In this document: piece by piece, positions 9,032 to 18,327 of the stretch
Layout: every line of letters starts with the position of its first letter
How positions within the stretch are numbered: position 1 is the stretch's first letter
Source of the DNA: a virus
Length of the DNA stretch: 45,367 nucleotides
Virus record (IMG/VR): IMGVR_UViG_3300049023_000013
Span: 1 to 45,367 of that record
Strand: one strand, 5' to 3'
Notes under the pieces: model-generated
Database searches by the model: none
Told to the model about the DNA's origin: nothing
Seen by the model: only the letters and a program-made list of their open reading frames with translations
Translations under genes and position numbers: made by a program

Positions 9032-9831
9032 TGGCGACGAATACCGAACTTTACCGCTTCGCCGAACAAGCTACGGGTCTATTTTGGACCTATACAAGCG
9101 GCAATGAAGCCGTGACTTACGACGCTGGCGACGGCGACGAAGAATACGCCCCGGCGTCCATTTCACGTTCTGAAGCCGAAGTTAAAAACGAACTAAGCAA
9201 ATCGAACATTAACGTTCAAATTCCGCTAACGAACGAAGTTGCAATTCGTTGGATGCAAGACAACGGCGAAAAGATTGTTTCGCTTACCATCTTCGAACGC
9301 GAAAAGAACGGAACGGTCAACGTCGTTTGGAAGGGTCGGCTTGCGTCGATACTTCCCGACATGGCCGACGTAACGCTTAAGATGGAAAGCATTTTTACTT
9401 CGATGCGTCGGCCCGGTCTTCGGGCGCGCTATCAGCGTAGTTGCCGACATGCCCTTTACGGTCGCGGTTGCACCTTGGACCCGGCGGACTTCGAAATTGA
9501 CGCCAGCGTGTCCGCCGCCGCCGGTCGGACCTTCACCATAGCCGCCGCTGCTGCCCAAGACGACGGGTATTTCGTCGGCGGGATGCTTCGGGCTGGCGAT
9601 GGCACCCTATCCTATGTCACGGGCCATGTGGGCAACCAAATAACCGTTCAACGCCTGTCCTTCAGCTTGGCGACTGAAGTAAGCGAAGGCTTCCCCTTCG
9701 ACGTGAAACTTTATCCGGGTTGCGACCATTCGCGCGCGACTTGCAATGCGAAGTTTGCTAATCTGCCCAACTACGGCGGGTTCGACTTTATCCCGATTAA
9801 AAATCCTCTTGGCGGAAGTAGCATCGTATAA
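9031..9831 (+). CDS. DUF2163 / BR0599-family tail tip protein (GTA g13-like)
   Basis: 266 aa. The N-terminus LYRFAEQATGLFWTYTSG and the C-terminus LYPGCDHSRATCNAKFANLPNYGGFDFIP match the hallmark DUF2163 plus phage_BR0599 pattern. Confidence 0.7.
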   Translation: MATNTELYRFAEQATGLFWTYTSGNEAVTYDAGDGDEEYAPASISRSEAEVKNELSKSNINVQIPLTNEVAIRWMQDNGEKIVSLTIFEREKNGTVNVVWKGRLASILPDMADVTLKMESIFTSMRRPGLRARYQRSCRHALYGRGCTLDPADFEIDASVSAAAGRTFTIAAAAAQDDGYFVGGMLRAGDGTLSYVTGHVGNQITVQRLSFSLATEVSEGFPFDVKLYPGCDHSRATCNAKFANLPNYGGFDFIPIKNPLGGSSIV

Positions 9832-10061
9832 TGTTTTGGTTCATCGCATTATTCGTCGGCGCTTTGGTTATTTCCTTCGCGTTGCAACCGAAGATACAAA
9901 CGCAAAAACCGGCGGGCTTGTCGGAAATCACCGCGCCCATTGCCGAAGAAGGCGTTGAAATTCCGGTTCTGTTCGGAACCCGCGACTTAAAAGGTCCGAA
10001 CGTTGTTTGGTATGGCGACTTGAAGACGGTCGCCATTAAGTCGAAGGGCGGTAAGAAGTGA
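9831..10061 (+). CDS. tail assembly protein I-like (C-terminal lambda gpI-type module)
   Basis: 76 aa. It has an N-terminal TM helix followed by GVEIPVLFGTRDLKGPNVVWYGD, which resembles the lambda gpI C-terminal G.V.PVLYG..RV.g motif. Confidence 0.55.
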   Translation: MFWFIALFVGALVISFALQPKIQTQKPAGLSEITAPIAEEGVEIPVLFGTRDLKGPNVVWYGDLKTVAIKSKGGKK

Positions 10062-10252
10062 CCGTTATTTGCAAAATGATTGACATTCGCGCGGCCAAGC
10101 TTTGCAGCAACGGGGCGCGCGGTTTCTTTCTTCGTAATAACTTGGATTGGAATAAGTTCCTGTCCGAAGGTATCCCCGAAGAAGACTTGCTTGCAACAGG
10201 CGACGCCAACGCGCTTCGCGTAGTCGAAAAGGCGCGCGAACGTCATGGGTAA
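10058..10252 (+). CDS. hypothetical 64-aa protein wedged between the I-like and J-like genes
   Basis: The GTG start overlaps the upstream TGA (GTGA), and the 3' end overlaps the J-like start by 8 nt. An alternative ATG lies at 10076. No motif recognised. Confidence 0.45.
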   Translation: MTVICKMIDIRAAKLCSNGARGFFLRNNLDWNKFLSEGIPEEDLLATGDANALRVVEKARERHG

Positions 10253-12908
10253 AGGCGGCAAAGCGCAAACCGTTGGATACAAGTATTATCTTGGGATGCA
10301 CCTTGGCCTTTGCCACGGACCTATTGACGCGATTACGCGCCTTCAAGTTGACGAACGCGACGCATGGGTTGGCACGAATAGCGGCGGAAGCATTAACGTA
10401 GCGGCTGAAGATTTGTTCGGCGGTTCGGGGCGCGAAGGCGGCGTTTCGGGCGTTGTTGACGTAGCTATGGGCGGTCCTGCCCAAACGCAAAACAGTTATC
10501 TTGTTTCGAAGCTTGGCGCGCTTATTCCAGCGTATCGCGGCATTGTCGGGCTAATCTTTCGCCAAGCGTATCTTGGCAACAATCCTTATCTGAAGACATG
10601 GGCCGCGCGCGGGCAGCGTATTCACGTAAGGCAAAATGGAATAGCGCAATGGTATGACGCACGGGCGGCGATTTATCCGCCGGTCTTGTCGGCGTCGCAA
10701 TCGTCATGGCGTTACTTGGTCGTTCCCCGCGCCGACGTAGTGAACCGTTCCGCGCCGGGCTTTGACGATAGCGCATGGCCCATCGGGTCCGCGCCGTTCG
10801 CCGATAAGCCTTGGTCGTTCCCCGGCAACTACGGCTTCGCAACAGTCCCGGCAACCGTAGTCCCGCAATCGCAAAAAGTATGGATGCGAACGACGGTCAA
10901 TTTGGCGAAGGTTCCTTCGGCGCTTCGGTTTGAAGCGTTCGTTGACAACGATTGCCAAGTATATGTCAACGGCGTTTTGGTCTTAACCCTTGGCGACCCG
11001 AACGGCAAATATTACGACAACGTTTTGTCGGGCGACCTTTTCAACGTCGGCACGAACTACGTTGCTGTTGTCGGTTCCGACCGGGACAGCGGGTCGGGCA
11101 ATTGGTTTTGGTTCGACTGGCGTTTGACGGACCTTACGACCGTTGACATGAACCCTGCCCACATTATCCGCGAATGCCTTACGGACCCCGATTGGGGCAT
11201 GGGATACACGGACGGCGACATTGACGACGCAAGCTTTATGGCAGCGGCGGACACGTTTTCAACCGAAGGGTTGGGCATGTCGCTTCTATGGGATAAGTCG
11301 AAGAATATTGAAGACTTCGTTGCGACCGTGAACCAACACGTTGACGCGGCGCTTTATGTGTCGCGCACGACGGGCAAGTTTGTTCTGAAGGCTATTCGGG
11401 GCGATTACGACGAAGACGATTTGCTTTCGCTGGACGAAAGCAATATTCAAAGCGTTACCGACCCGGTTAAGCTTTCCTTCGGCGAACTTACCAATTCGGT
11501 TACGGTCACTTATTGGGATGCTTCGACGGGCAAAGACGCGACCGTTACCGTAACGGACCCCGCGCTTGCACTTCAACAGGGCGTAATCATCAACGCGCCG
11601 GTTCAATATCCCGGCTTCACGAATGCCCGCAACGGAACGATTGCCGCCCAACGTGACCTTCGGGCGTTGTCTTCGCCGTTGCTGTCATGCACTATTCTAG
11701 CGCACCAAGTCGCGAAGGTCTTGAACATTGGCGACGTGTTCAAGTTCTCTTGGGCGAAATGGGGTATCGTAAATATGGTTATGCGCGTGACCGGCATAGC
11801 CTACGGAACCGGGCGCAATAAGCGGGTCAAAATCACATGTTCGCAAGACGTGTTCAACACGGACACGAACGTTGCCGTAACGGTCCCCGATGGAAGTTGG
11901 ACCGACCCTAGCCAACCGCCAACCGCTGTCCCCGAACAGTTGGCGACCGAAGCGCCGTATTACGAACTTGTTCAAACGCTTGGTCAAGCGGACACTGACA
12001 ACAAGTTGTTGACGCATCCCGAAATTGGATACGTCATCGGCGCGGCGGGTCGTCCTACGTCGGCTATCAACGCGCGCCTTAACACTGACAACGGCGACGG
12101 TTACGAAGATACTGGCGCGTTCGATTTCGCGCCTATCGGTTATCTGCAAACGAATATCGGCAAGCTTGAAACAACGTTCTTCCTTATCAACGGTCAAGAC
12201 TTTGACGAAGTTATTGCCGGGACGCATTTTCAGATTGGCGACGAACTATTGCGTATCGACGCAATAGACCCCGAAACCGGCGAAGTCGAAGTTGGGCGCG
12301 GCGTATTGGATACCGTGCCACAAAATCACTTGGCGGGCGACGTAGCTATGTTTTGGGATAGATACGCCGGGTTCGACCCGACCGAATACGTTATGTCAGA
12401 AATGATTGACGTAAAGATTGTGCCTATTTCGGGTTCGGGCGTATTCCCGCTTGACGAAGCTACGCCGATGGAAGTTACGCTTCAGTCACGGGCGGCGCGT
12501 CCTTATCCGCCGGGCGACTTCCGCATTAACGGCGAAAGCTACGCGCCGGGCGCATATTATGAAGGCGAAGTTACCGCCACATGGACGCATCGTAACCGTA
12601 TCGAACAAACCGGCGGCTATCTTGTGGACGCCAGCGAAGGCGACATTGGCCCCGAACCCGGCGTTACCTATCGCGTTCGCGTTTACATTGACGAAGTATT
12701 AGACCAAACAATTGAACCCGCCGTAAGTCCGCAAGACATTACGCCGACCGGAAGCGGCTTGGTTCGGGTCGAAGTGCATTCGTTGCGCGATGGCCTTTAC
12801 TCTTGGCAAGGTCCGTCGCATACGTTCATCAACAGCCGTTCGCGCCTAACTGAAGACGACGACGAACGTTACACGGAAGACGGCGACGCCCGGCTTATTG
12901 AGGATTGA
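10245..12908 (+). CDS. host-specificity / central tail fibre protein (lambda gpJ-like) with an inserted jelly-roll sugar-binding-like domain
   Basis: 887 aa. The N-terminus MGKGGKAQTVGYKYYLGMHLGLCHGPID is typical of J-like tip proteins. Residues about 150-295 resemble a GH2-N/galactose-binding jelly roll (W..PF...VWMRT..L....LRFEAFVDNDCQVYVNG...G.NYVAV). Confidence 0.75.
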   Translation: MGKGGKAQTVGYKYYLGMHLGLCHGPIDAITRLQVDERDAWVGTNSGGSINVAAEDLFGGSGREGGVSGVVDVAMGGPAQTQNSYLVSKLGALIPAYRGIVGLIFRQAYLGNNPYLKTWAARGQRIHVRQNGIAQWYDARAAIYPPVLSASQSSWRYLVVPRADVVNRSAPGFDDSAWPIGSAPFADKPWSFPGNYGFATVPATVVPQSQKVWMRTTVNLAKVPSALRFEAFVDNDCQVYVNGVLVLTLGDPNGKYYDNVLSGDLFNVGTNYVAVVGSDRDSGSGNWFWFDWRLTDLTTVDMNPAHIIRECLTDPDWGMGYTDGDIDDASFMAAADTFSTEGLGMSLLWDKSKNIEDFVATVNQHVDAALYVSRTTGKFVLKAIRGDYDEDDLLSLDESNIQSVTDPVKLSFGELTNSVTVTYWDASTGKDATVTVTDPALALQQGVIINAPVQYPGFTNARNGTIAAQRDLRALSSPLLSCTILAHQVAKVLNIGDVFKFSWAKWGIVNMVMRVTGIAYGTGRNKRVKITCSQDVFNTDTNVAVTVPDGSWTDPSQPPTAVPEQLATEAPYYELVQTLGQADTDNKLLTHPEIGYVIGAAGRPTSAINARLNTDNGDGYEDTGAFDFAPIGYLQTNIGKLETTFFLINGQDFDEVIAGTHFQIGDELLRIDAIDPETGEVEVGRGVLDTVPQNHLAGDVAMFWDRYAGFDPTEYVMSEMIDVKIVPISGSGVFPLDEATPMEVTLQSRAARPYPPGDFRINGESYAPGAYYEGEVTATWTHRNRIEQTGGYLVDASEGDIGPEPGVTYRVRVYIDEVLDQTIEPAVSPQDITPTGSGLVRVEVHSLRDGLYSWQGPSHTFINSRSRLTEDDDERYTEDGDARLIED

Positions 12909-12912
12909 CGAC

Positions 12913-13617
12913 ATGGCACAAAAACGCATTACCGACCTTGACCTAGCTTCGGCCCTGTTGGGCGGCGAACTATTCGAAGTTTCGCAGTTGTCCGACACGG
13001 TGAAGATTACGGCGACGACCCTTAGCGCGCTGGCGTCCGACAACAGCTATAACGATAGCGCGGCGGGCTTCGTTACCGCCGGGTTCGAAGTCGGCAACCG
13101 CGTTCGCGTCCAAGGCTTCACCGGCAATGTCGCCAACAACATATATGTGGGCATCATTACGGCGTTGACTACGGGCAAGATGACGATTGGCGGCACGGAC
13201 GGCGACGTTATCGTTGACGACGCGGCGGGCGAAAGCGTCACAATTACGAAATGGACTTCGGCCCGCATTGGCCTTGCTACGTTGGTAGCTTCGGTCAAAA
13301 CTTACGGTTCAACCGTGCAAACTGAAGCCGCCGATTACGTCGTTGACCCCGACGACGCGGGGAATTACATTCGCTTGACCAACGGCGGAACGAAAGACGT
13401 TACCGTTGACCCCGATGCGACGACGCCGCTTCCGGCGAACGGCGAATGGCATTTTCGAAATGTCGGCGCTGGCGACGCTACGTTCGTTGAAGGTTCCGGG
13501 GTTGTTATTCAACCGCCCAACGGCGGAACGCTTGTCGTTCCTGTTGACGGCACGGTAACGCTTAAGCGCGTCGCCGCCGATATTTTCGAACTACTTGGTC
13601 AAACGGTGGCGCTATGA
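12913..13617 (+). CDS. tail fibre protein
   Basis: 234 aa from the ATG at 12913. The N-terminus MAQKRITDLDLASALLGGELFEVSQ matches the common fibre N-terminal pattern (ITDLP.A..L.G.E...V.Q). It lies downstream of the J-like gene. Confidence 0.6.
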   Translation: MAQKRITDLDLASALLGGELFEVSQLSDTVKITATTLSALASDNSYNDSAAGFVTAGFEVGNRVRVQGFTGNVANNIYVGIITALTTGKMTIGGTDGDVIVDDAAGESVTITKWTSARIGLATLVASVKTYGSTVQTEAADYVVDPDDAGNYIRLTNGGTKDVTVDPDATTPLPANGEWHFRNVGAGDATFVEGSGVVIQPPNGGTLVVPVDGTVTLKRVAADIFELLGQTVAL

Positions 13618-14987
13618 TACCGGGGATTACGGCGCAAGTTGGCGCTGGCACTTCAGGGACGCCGACCGAACGATGGTGGCGCGTTCGCTTCGCCAAGAAC
13701 AACGGCGGCAATACGGCGGGCAACGGGTCCAACGCTTATATTGACGTTTACAAGGTCCAGTTGTTTACGACCATCGGCGGGGCGGAACAAGTCGCCACGG
13801 CAATAGCCTTTGCCGCAATGCCAAGTTACAACGTTCCGACCGCGCTTATCGCGAACGACAGCGGCGCTATTCGTTGGAACAACGCGGGCAACCAACCTTT
13901 GCTTGAAGATTGTTGGGTTGCGTTCAAACTTCCGGTTCCCGACGATATTGTTCGTGTCGATATTCGGACAGGCGGAACTTACGGAACCCAAGACGTTTTC
14001 ATTGAAAGTTCTTGGGACGGCAAAACTTGGGCGTTTGAATACGGCTATGTTCGCACCGGAACCGGAACGATTTCGCTTGACCGACAAGCGATTGATTGGA
14101 CAACCGCGACTTATCGGGATTGGCTTGTTCAACCGCAATGTATTTACAATTATACGAACCTTGGCGTTCAAGAAATGGAAATGGCTTCGACCATTGGCGG
14201 GTCGGACCTTTGCACGGGCGGAACGCCGCGTTCGACTAATAACGCGACGTATCCGGCGGCTAACCTTACGGATAACAACACGGGAACGCTTTGCGGTTCA
14301 GTTGGGCAGGGCCGAAAAGCTTACGTCGGTTATACCTTTGCAAGCGCCGTCAACATCGCCGAACTACGCTTGTTCCCGCATTCGACGGAACGCCCGGCAT
14401 GGTACGCCCTTGCGGTCGGCCTTGGAACGCCGGGTTCGTTCGCCGGGCCGTGGTATGTCAAGCAAATCTTCGAAGGCGTTGAAATGGGCGGCGTGACCGC
14501 CACATGGACGAACCTAGACGCCCGCAACCCTCGCATACCGGCAAGCCCCGCCGCCGGGGCGCATCGCTACTGGCGCGTTCGCCCGGCAAGCAACAACTGG
14601 CAAGGCGGGCAAGCCTTCAGCCTTTCCGCGCTGGACTTCAAGGCGGGCGGCACAACGCTTGTTGGCAGCGGCACCGCGATAGCCGCTAATTGGTTTAGCG
14701 GTTCATGGCTTCCTTCGTATGCCTTTGACGGCAATTCGGCGACCGCTTGGCATAGCGACAACGTGAACGTTCGAACATGGCTTGGTTATGACTTCGGGTC
14801 GGCTGTTCTGCCCGACGAAATTATTCTTACCAATCGAACCGATGGTGCATCCGACGCATGGCGGCAACAGCCGGTTATGTTCCATCTTGAGTATAGCGAC
14901 GATGGCGACAATTGGTTCGTCAAAAAAGGCTTTACAACAATCGACCCGTCCGCCGCCGGACAAACCCAAACGTTCCTTGTGACTTAG
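13614..14987 (+). CDS. receptor-binding protein candidate with tandem discoidin (F5/8 type C)-like domains
   Basis: 457 aa with an ATGA overlap. It has repeated W-R-V-R / ...GG modules (RWWRVRFAKNNGG..., HRYWRVRPASNNWQGG...) and WHSD...WLGYDFG....I.L.NR.....WRQQP..F.LEYSDDGDNW, typical of galactose-binding-like domains. Confidence 0.55.
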   Translation: MIPGITAQVGAGTSGTPTERWWRVRFAKNNGGNTAGNGSNAYIDVYKVQLFTTIGGAEQVATAIAFAAMPSYNVPTALIANDSGAIRWNNAGNQPLLEDCWVAFKLPVPDDIVRVDIRTGGTYGTQDVFIESSWDGKTWAFEYGYVRTGTGTISLDRQAIDWTTATYRDWLVQPQCIYNYTNLGVQEMEMASTIGGSDLCTGGTPRSTNNATYPAANLTDNNTGTLCGSVGQGRKAYVGYTFASAVNIAELRLFPHSTERPAWYALAVGLGTPGSFAGPWYVKQIFEGVEMGGVTATWTNLDARNPRIPASPAAGAHRYWRVRPASNNWQGGQAFSLSALDFKAGGTTLVGSGTAIAANWFSGSWLPSYAFDGNSATAWHSDNVNVRTWLGYDFGSAVLPDEIILTNRTDGASDAWRQQPVMFHLEYSDDGDNWFVKKGFTTIDPSAAGQTQTFLVT

Positions 14988-17038
14988 AACAGTTCGACGG
15001 CTTCAGTCTTGTTGCCGTGCCAACCTAGCTTATCCAAGGTTTCGTAAGCCCGTTCGACATACCATTGGCGGTTCAAATCCGCCGGTATGTCGTCGGGCAG
15101 TTCCATAAGCGGCTTCGCGCCTTCCGTGCCGCCTACCTTGTTGCCGGACAAGACGTAGTTGATTTCGCCGAAGTGTCCCTTAGCTTGATACCAACGAACG
15201 ACCTTGCCTAGATATTCGCCGTCTTGATGCCCGCCGCCCCGAACATTCTTCACGGCGATAAAGCGGCGCATGTCGGCACATTCGGCAATCGTATCTTCGA
15301 ACCGCTTGCCTTCAGCAATGAACGCAACAAGCGCGTCGTTCAATATCAGATATTCGGGGTTCTTCGATAGCGGGCTATTCAGCGCCGACCCGCGTTCGCA
15401 ATACACGCCCGCGCCTTTCGACTTGATACCGGCCCGTTCGTCGGCGAAGGCGCTGGACGGCGAAGCTTCAAGTTCGTCGGTCCATTGCTTCGTCACTTCG
15501 TCAAACTTCAGCTTGGCCGCAAGATAGCTGTTCACGTCGCGCGACGCCAAGACCTTGTAACGGGTTTCTTCCGTTTCGAAGTCCGTCATAGCTTCCCATT
15601 GGGCGACAATCGAATGGAAGTCCGCGACCCTGCTATGTGGGCATTTGGTAACGAAGCCGTCCGTATTCGCCGACACAACGCCAAGCCCTGCTAGTTCGAC
15701 CGCTTCAATCAACATTAGAATGCAAAGCTGTCCGGTTATCGTCGTTTGGATTAGCAGCTTCGGCGAATACAACGCCGAATACATCGAACCAAGCTTTCCG
15801 AACGTGCCGTTGATAGTGATTTTCAGGCCGTCGCTTATGGTTGCCCACATGCGCGCCCCGGCACTGTCCCCGGCCTTCTTACATTCCTTCGACTTGGCCT
15901 TGGCTTCTAGGCGGCGTTCAACGATGGTGCGGAATACGGCAAGGAAGTTCGCGCCCAAATGGTCGGGCGTATAGCCGTTGTTTAGAATAATGAACGGATA
16001 GAACGACGCAACGTCGCGGTCGATTAGCGCGTAATGTTCGTCGGCCCTATGGGTTGTTGACTTTTCCGTTGAATGAAGACCGCCCATGCCCATTTTGTAA
16101 ACGGACTTGCCAAGCTTAATCTTCAGCCCGGCGATTTCTTCGGGCATCATGGGCGAACCGCCCTTGTCTAGCCGGAAGGTCGAACGAAGGACCGTATCAA
16201 GTGCGCGCTGAAGTTCTGGCGTTTGGAACCGAACGAACGACGGCGGCGTATATTGAAATTCAAAGTCTTCGTCAAAGTCGGGACGCTTCGGCCAATAGCC
16301 GGTAAGCTTCTTTAGTTCCGTGCAAATGACGGTTTCGGCAACTTGGGCGTCGGACTTCGAACGAAGGTCGGTCTTGTATTCCGCCGACATGGCTTCGCGA
16401 AGTTCAATGCCGCCCGCCAAGCTATGCCAAAGGCTTTCGGTATTGTCGCAATCGTTACAGCAATATTCCCGTATGTCGTCCATGTCTTCGAAGGACAACA
16501 TGGCGTCGGGTTCAATCGGAAGTTCTTGCATCCTCTTGACATGCAAACGGGCGGCATAGGTCTTCAACGAAGTATCGGGCAGCGGCGCGACTTCGATAAT
16601 GTCGATATGATTGTAACCGGGATTGACGTTGTGGTAAATTTTGCCTTCTTTAATGATTTCGTCGGACATATCCTTAAGGTTCGACGTGTCGGCGTTCTGA
16701 ATAGCAAGTTGAACCATCGGCAAGTCATACTTGTTGCCGTTGAAGCTGATTACGCGGAAGAACCACATTGCATATTTAAGCGTTTCCCCGAAGCTGAAGT
16801 TGCCCGCGCCGCGCTGTTCAAGATAGAAATATTTGCCGGTTTTGACATGCTTAAACATTGCAAGCCAATAGTTCCGGTAACATTCCGTATCTAATATTAC
16901 GTCGTCGCCCGCCGCAAATTCCGTGAACGGGTCAAGCGAATATTCGCGATACTTCGGGGCATACTTCTTCTTTCGCAGCGGCCCGCTATACCGCTTGCGC
17001 TTCAATGAAAACGGGGAAGGCTTGTCGTCAAAGAACAT
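14984..17038 (-). CDS. DNA polymerase, family-B-like, with 3'-5' exonuclease domain
   Basis: 684 aa from the ATG at 17038 (TAATG overlap with the upstream gene; the ORF track extends to 17152). Exonuclease motifs: ILDTE, NGNKYDLPM, YCCNDCD. Polymerase motifs: DVASFYPFII (DxxSLYPS-like), KITINGTFGKLG (KxxxNSxYG-like), SANTDGF (DTD-like). Confidence 0.8.
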   Translation of the reverse strand: MFFDDKPSPFSLKRKRYSGPLRKKKYAPKYREYSLDPFTEFAAGDDVILDTECYRNYWLAMFKHVKTGKYFYLEQRGAGNFSFGETLKYAMWFFRVISFNGNKYDLPMVQLAIQNADTSNLKDMSDEIIKEGKIYHNVNPGYNHIDIIEVAPLPDTSLKTYAARLHVKRMQELPIEPDAMLSFEDMDDIREYCCNDCDNTESLWHSLAGGIELREAMSAEYKTDLRSKSDAQVAETVICTELKKLTGYWPKRPDFDEDFEFQYTPPSFVRFQTPELQRALDTVLRSTFRLDKGGSPMMPEEIAGLKIKLGKSVYKMGMGGLHSTEKSTTHRADEHYALIDRDVASFYPFIILNNGYTPDHLGANFLAVFRTIVERRLEAKAKSKECKKAGDSAGARMWATISDGLKITINGTFGKLGSMYSALYSPKLLIQTTITGQLCILMLIEAVELAGLGVVSANTDGFVTKCPHSRVADFHSIVAQWEAMTDFETEETRYKVLASRDVNSYLAAKLKFDEVTKQWTDELEASPSSAFADERAGIKSKGAGVYCERGSALNSPLSKNPEYLILNDALVAFIAEGKRFEDTIAECADMRRFIAVKNVRGGGHQDGEYLGKVVRWYQAKGHFGEINYVLSGNKVGGTEGAKPLMELPDDIPADLNRQWYVERAYETLDKLGWHGNKTEAVELF

Positions 17039-18075
17039 TAGCCGCGACGCTTCATAAGAACGCCCCGAACCTTCGGCATTTCTTCGCCGTTCGCGACAGG
17101 CCCGAAGAACAACGCCTTGGCTTCGTCCGACCAATAGTCGATTTTGTCGCATACCGGCTTGATAAGCTTCAAGTCGCGGGCGCTGAATACATGCTTGGCG
17201 ACCATGCCCGGCACGTCATACGTTGCCCCGTAAACGGGTCCGTCTTCGCCATAGTTGGCGTAACCCGACCGGACCTTATCGTTGTCGAAGTGAATACCGC
17301 CGTCCTTGCTGAAGGACGACACGGCTTCGATACCTTCGAAGAACCCGGCGGGCAGGGCTTCAGGCGTTCCAACGACGCTGTTGAATATGCTGTCAACGTC
17401 GGGCCAACCTTCAGCGGCCAAGGCGCTTTGAATGAACGCCCCGCCTTCGAACCAAAAAGTTACGCGGCTTCCCGACCATCCGAACCCTTCAAGCTTTTCG
17501 GGGACGCTGGCGATTGCCTTTGCGGTCGCCTTCAGGATGCCAAGGCCGGGCGGAAGGTCAATGCCGTGCCAATATTCGAACATGACGCTTCGGTTCGTTG
17601 CAACCATGCTGTTCGCCCGAAGCAAAATCGTATAGTCGATTGCTTGGGTTCCGTCTTCGCCTGTCAACGGCAATAGCAGCTTGAAGCCTTCTTTGATGCT
17701 GTCCGACAATACGGCAATCTTAACGTCCGGCATAACCGGCGGCATACCTTCGGGCGGAATACACGGCACAATCGCGCGCAAGTTTTCGCCAGTGACCGCC
17801 AAGTGTCCCTTGTCGTTAATCGTCATCGACAGCGACTTGCCCGACTTGTTAATGGCTGAAATCAGCGTCGGAACATGTGGGCAAACCGCCGCCAATTCGT
17901 TTTCTTCAATCGGATGCCCTACGCATATCGTGCCGTTGAACGTGACGATATAGCCGTTCACGATGCGGGCATGTGCCTTATACGTGTCGCCTTCTTCGTC
18001 AACGCCCATTGAACAGAACGTCAAAGCCTTCGCCAAACTTTCGGCGGTCTTCGATATAACTTTTTTGCGCGCCAT
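17038..18075 (-). CDS. sliding-clamp-like protein (DnaN-like), tentative
   Basis: 345 aa with SD GAAGGA upstream, translationally coupled to the polymerase gene. Length and the repetitive beta-rich pattern are compatible with a beta clamp. There is no decisive motif. Confidence 0.4.
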   Translation of the reverse strand: MARKKVISKTAESLAKALTFCSMGVDEEGDTYKAHARIVNGYIVTFNGTICVGHPIEENELAAVCPHVPTLISAINKSGKSLSMTINDKGHLAVTGENLRAIVPCIPPEGMPPVMPDVKIAVLSDSIKEGFKLLLPLTGEDGTQAIDYTILLRANSMVATNRSVMFEYWHGIDLPPGLGILKATAKAIASVPEKLEGFGWSGSRVTFWFEGGAFIQSALAAEGWPDVDSIFNSVVGTPEALPAGFFEGIEAVSSFSKDGGIHFDNDKVRSGYANYGEDGPVYGATYDVPGMVAKHVFSARDLKLIKPVCDKIDYWSDEAKALFFGPVANGEEMPKVRGVLMKRRG

Positions 18076-18090
18076 TGTCGTATCCTTCGC

Positions 18091-18327
18091 TTAGAACGGT
18101 ATCTTATCCAAGTGATTATCGCAACCCCTTGCGGCAATCGACGGCGGCGGCATCATGTGATTAAGTCCGCACTTTTCGCCGCTTCGGTCGGGCGGTCCTT
18201 CAATGAAATGTTCGCAGTTAAGGCAAGTCCGCGTTGCGTCGTCCAACGCTTTACGGACAGCTTCGGTCAAATAGTCGCTAACGCCTTTATAGAAGCCGTT
18301 GCGGTCCAATGGGGTTTCAAAACTCAT
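18091..18327 (-). CDS. small Cys-rich (zinc-binding?) protein
   Basis: 78 aa containing CLNCEHF...CGLNH...C. It overlaps the helicase stop by 11 nt. Confidence 0.55.
   Translation of the reverse strand: MSFETPLDRNGFYKGVSDYLTEAVRKALDDATRTCLNCEHFIEGPPDRSGEKCGLNHMMPPPSIAARGCDNHLDKIPF

Noticed and set aside
9831-12908. Idea that 9831..10061 and 10245..12908 are halves of one gene split by a mobile insert (KSKGGKK stop ... MGKGGKA)
   Set aside because: The 76-aa protein matches the separate lambda gpI C-terminal module, and MGKGG... is the normal N-terminus of J-like proteins. They are therefore distinct genes. Only the intervening 64-aa ORF remains unexplained.
15270-17676. Plus-strand ORFs inside the polymerase and clamp-like genes (for example 16343..16894, 17005..17676)
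   Set aside because: They are antisense to genes with clear polymerase motifs, and have no SDs or recognisable motifs.
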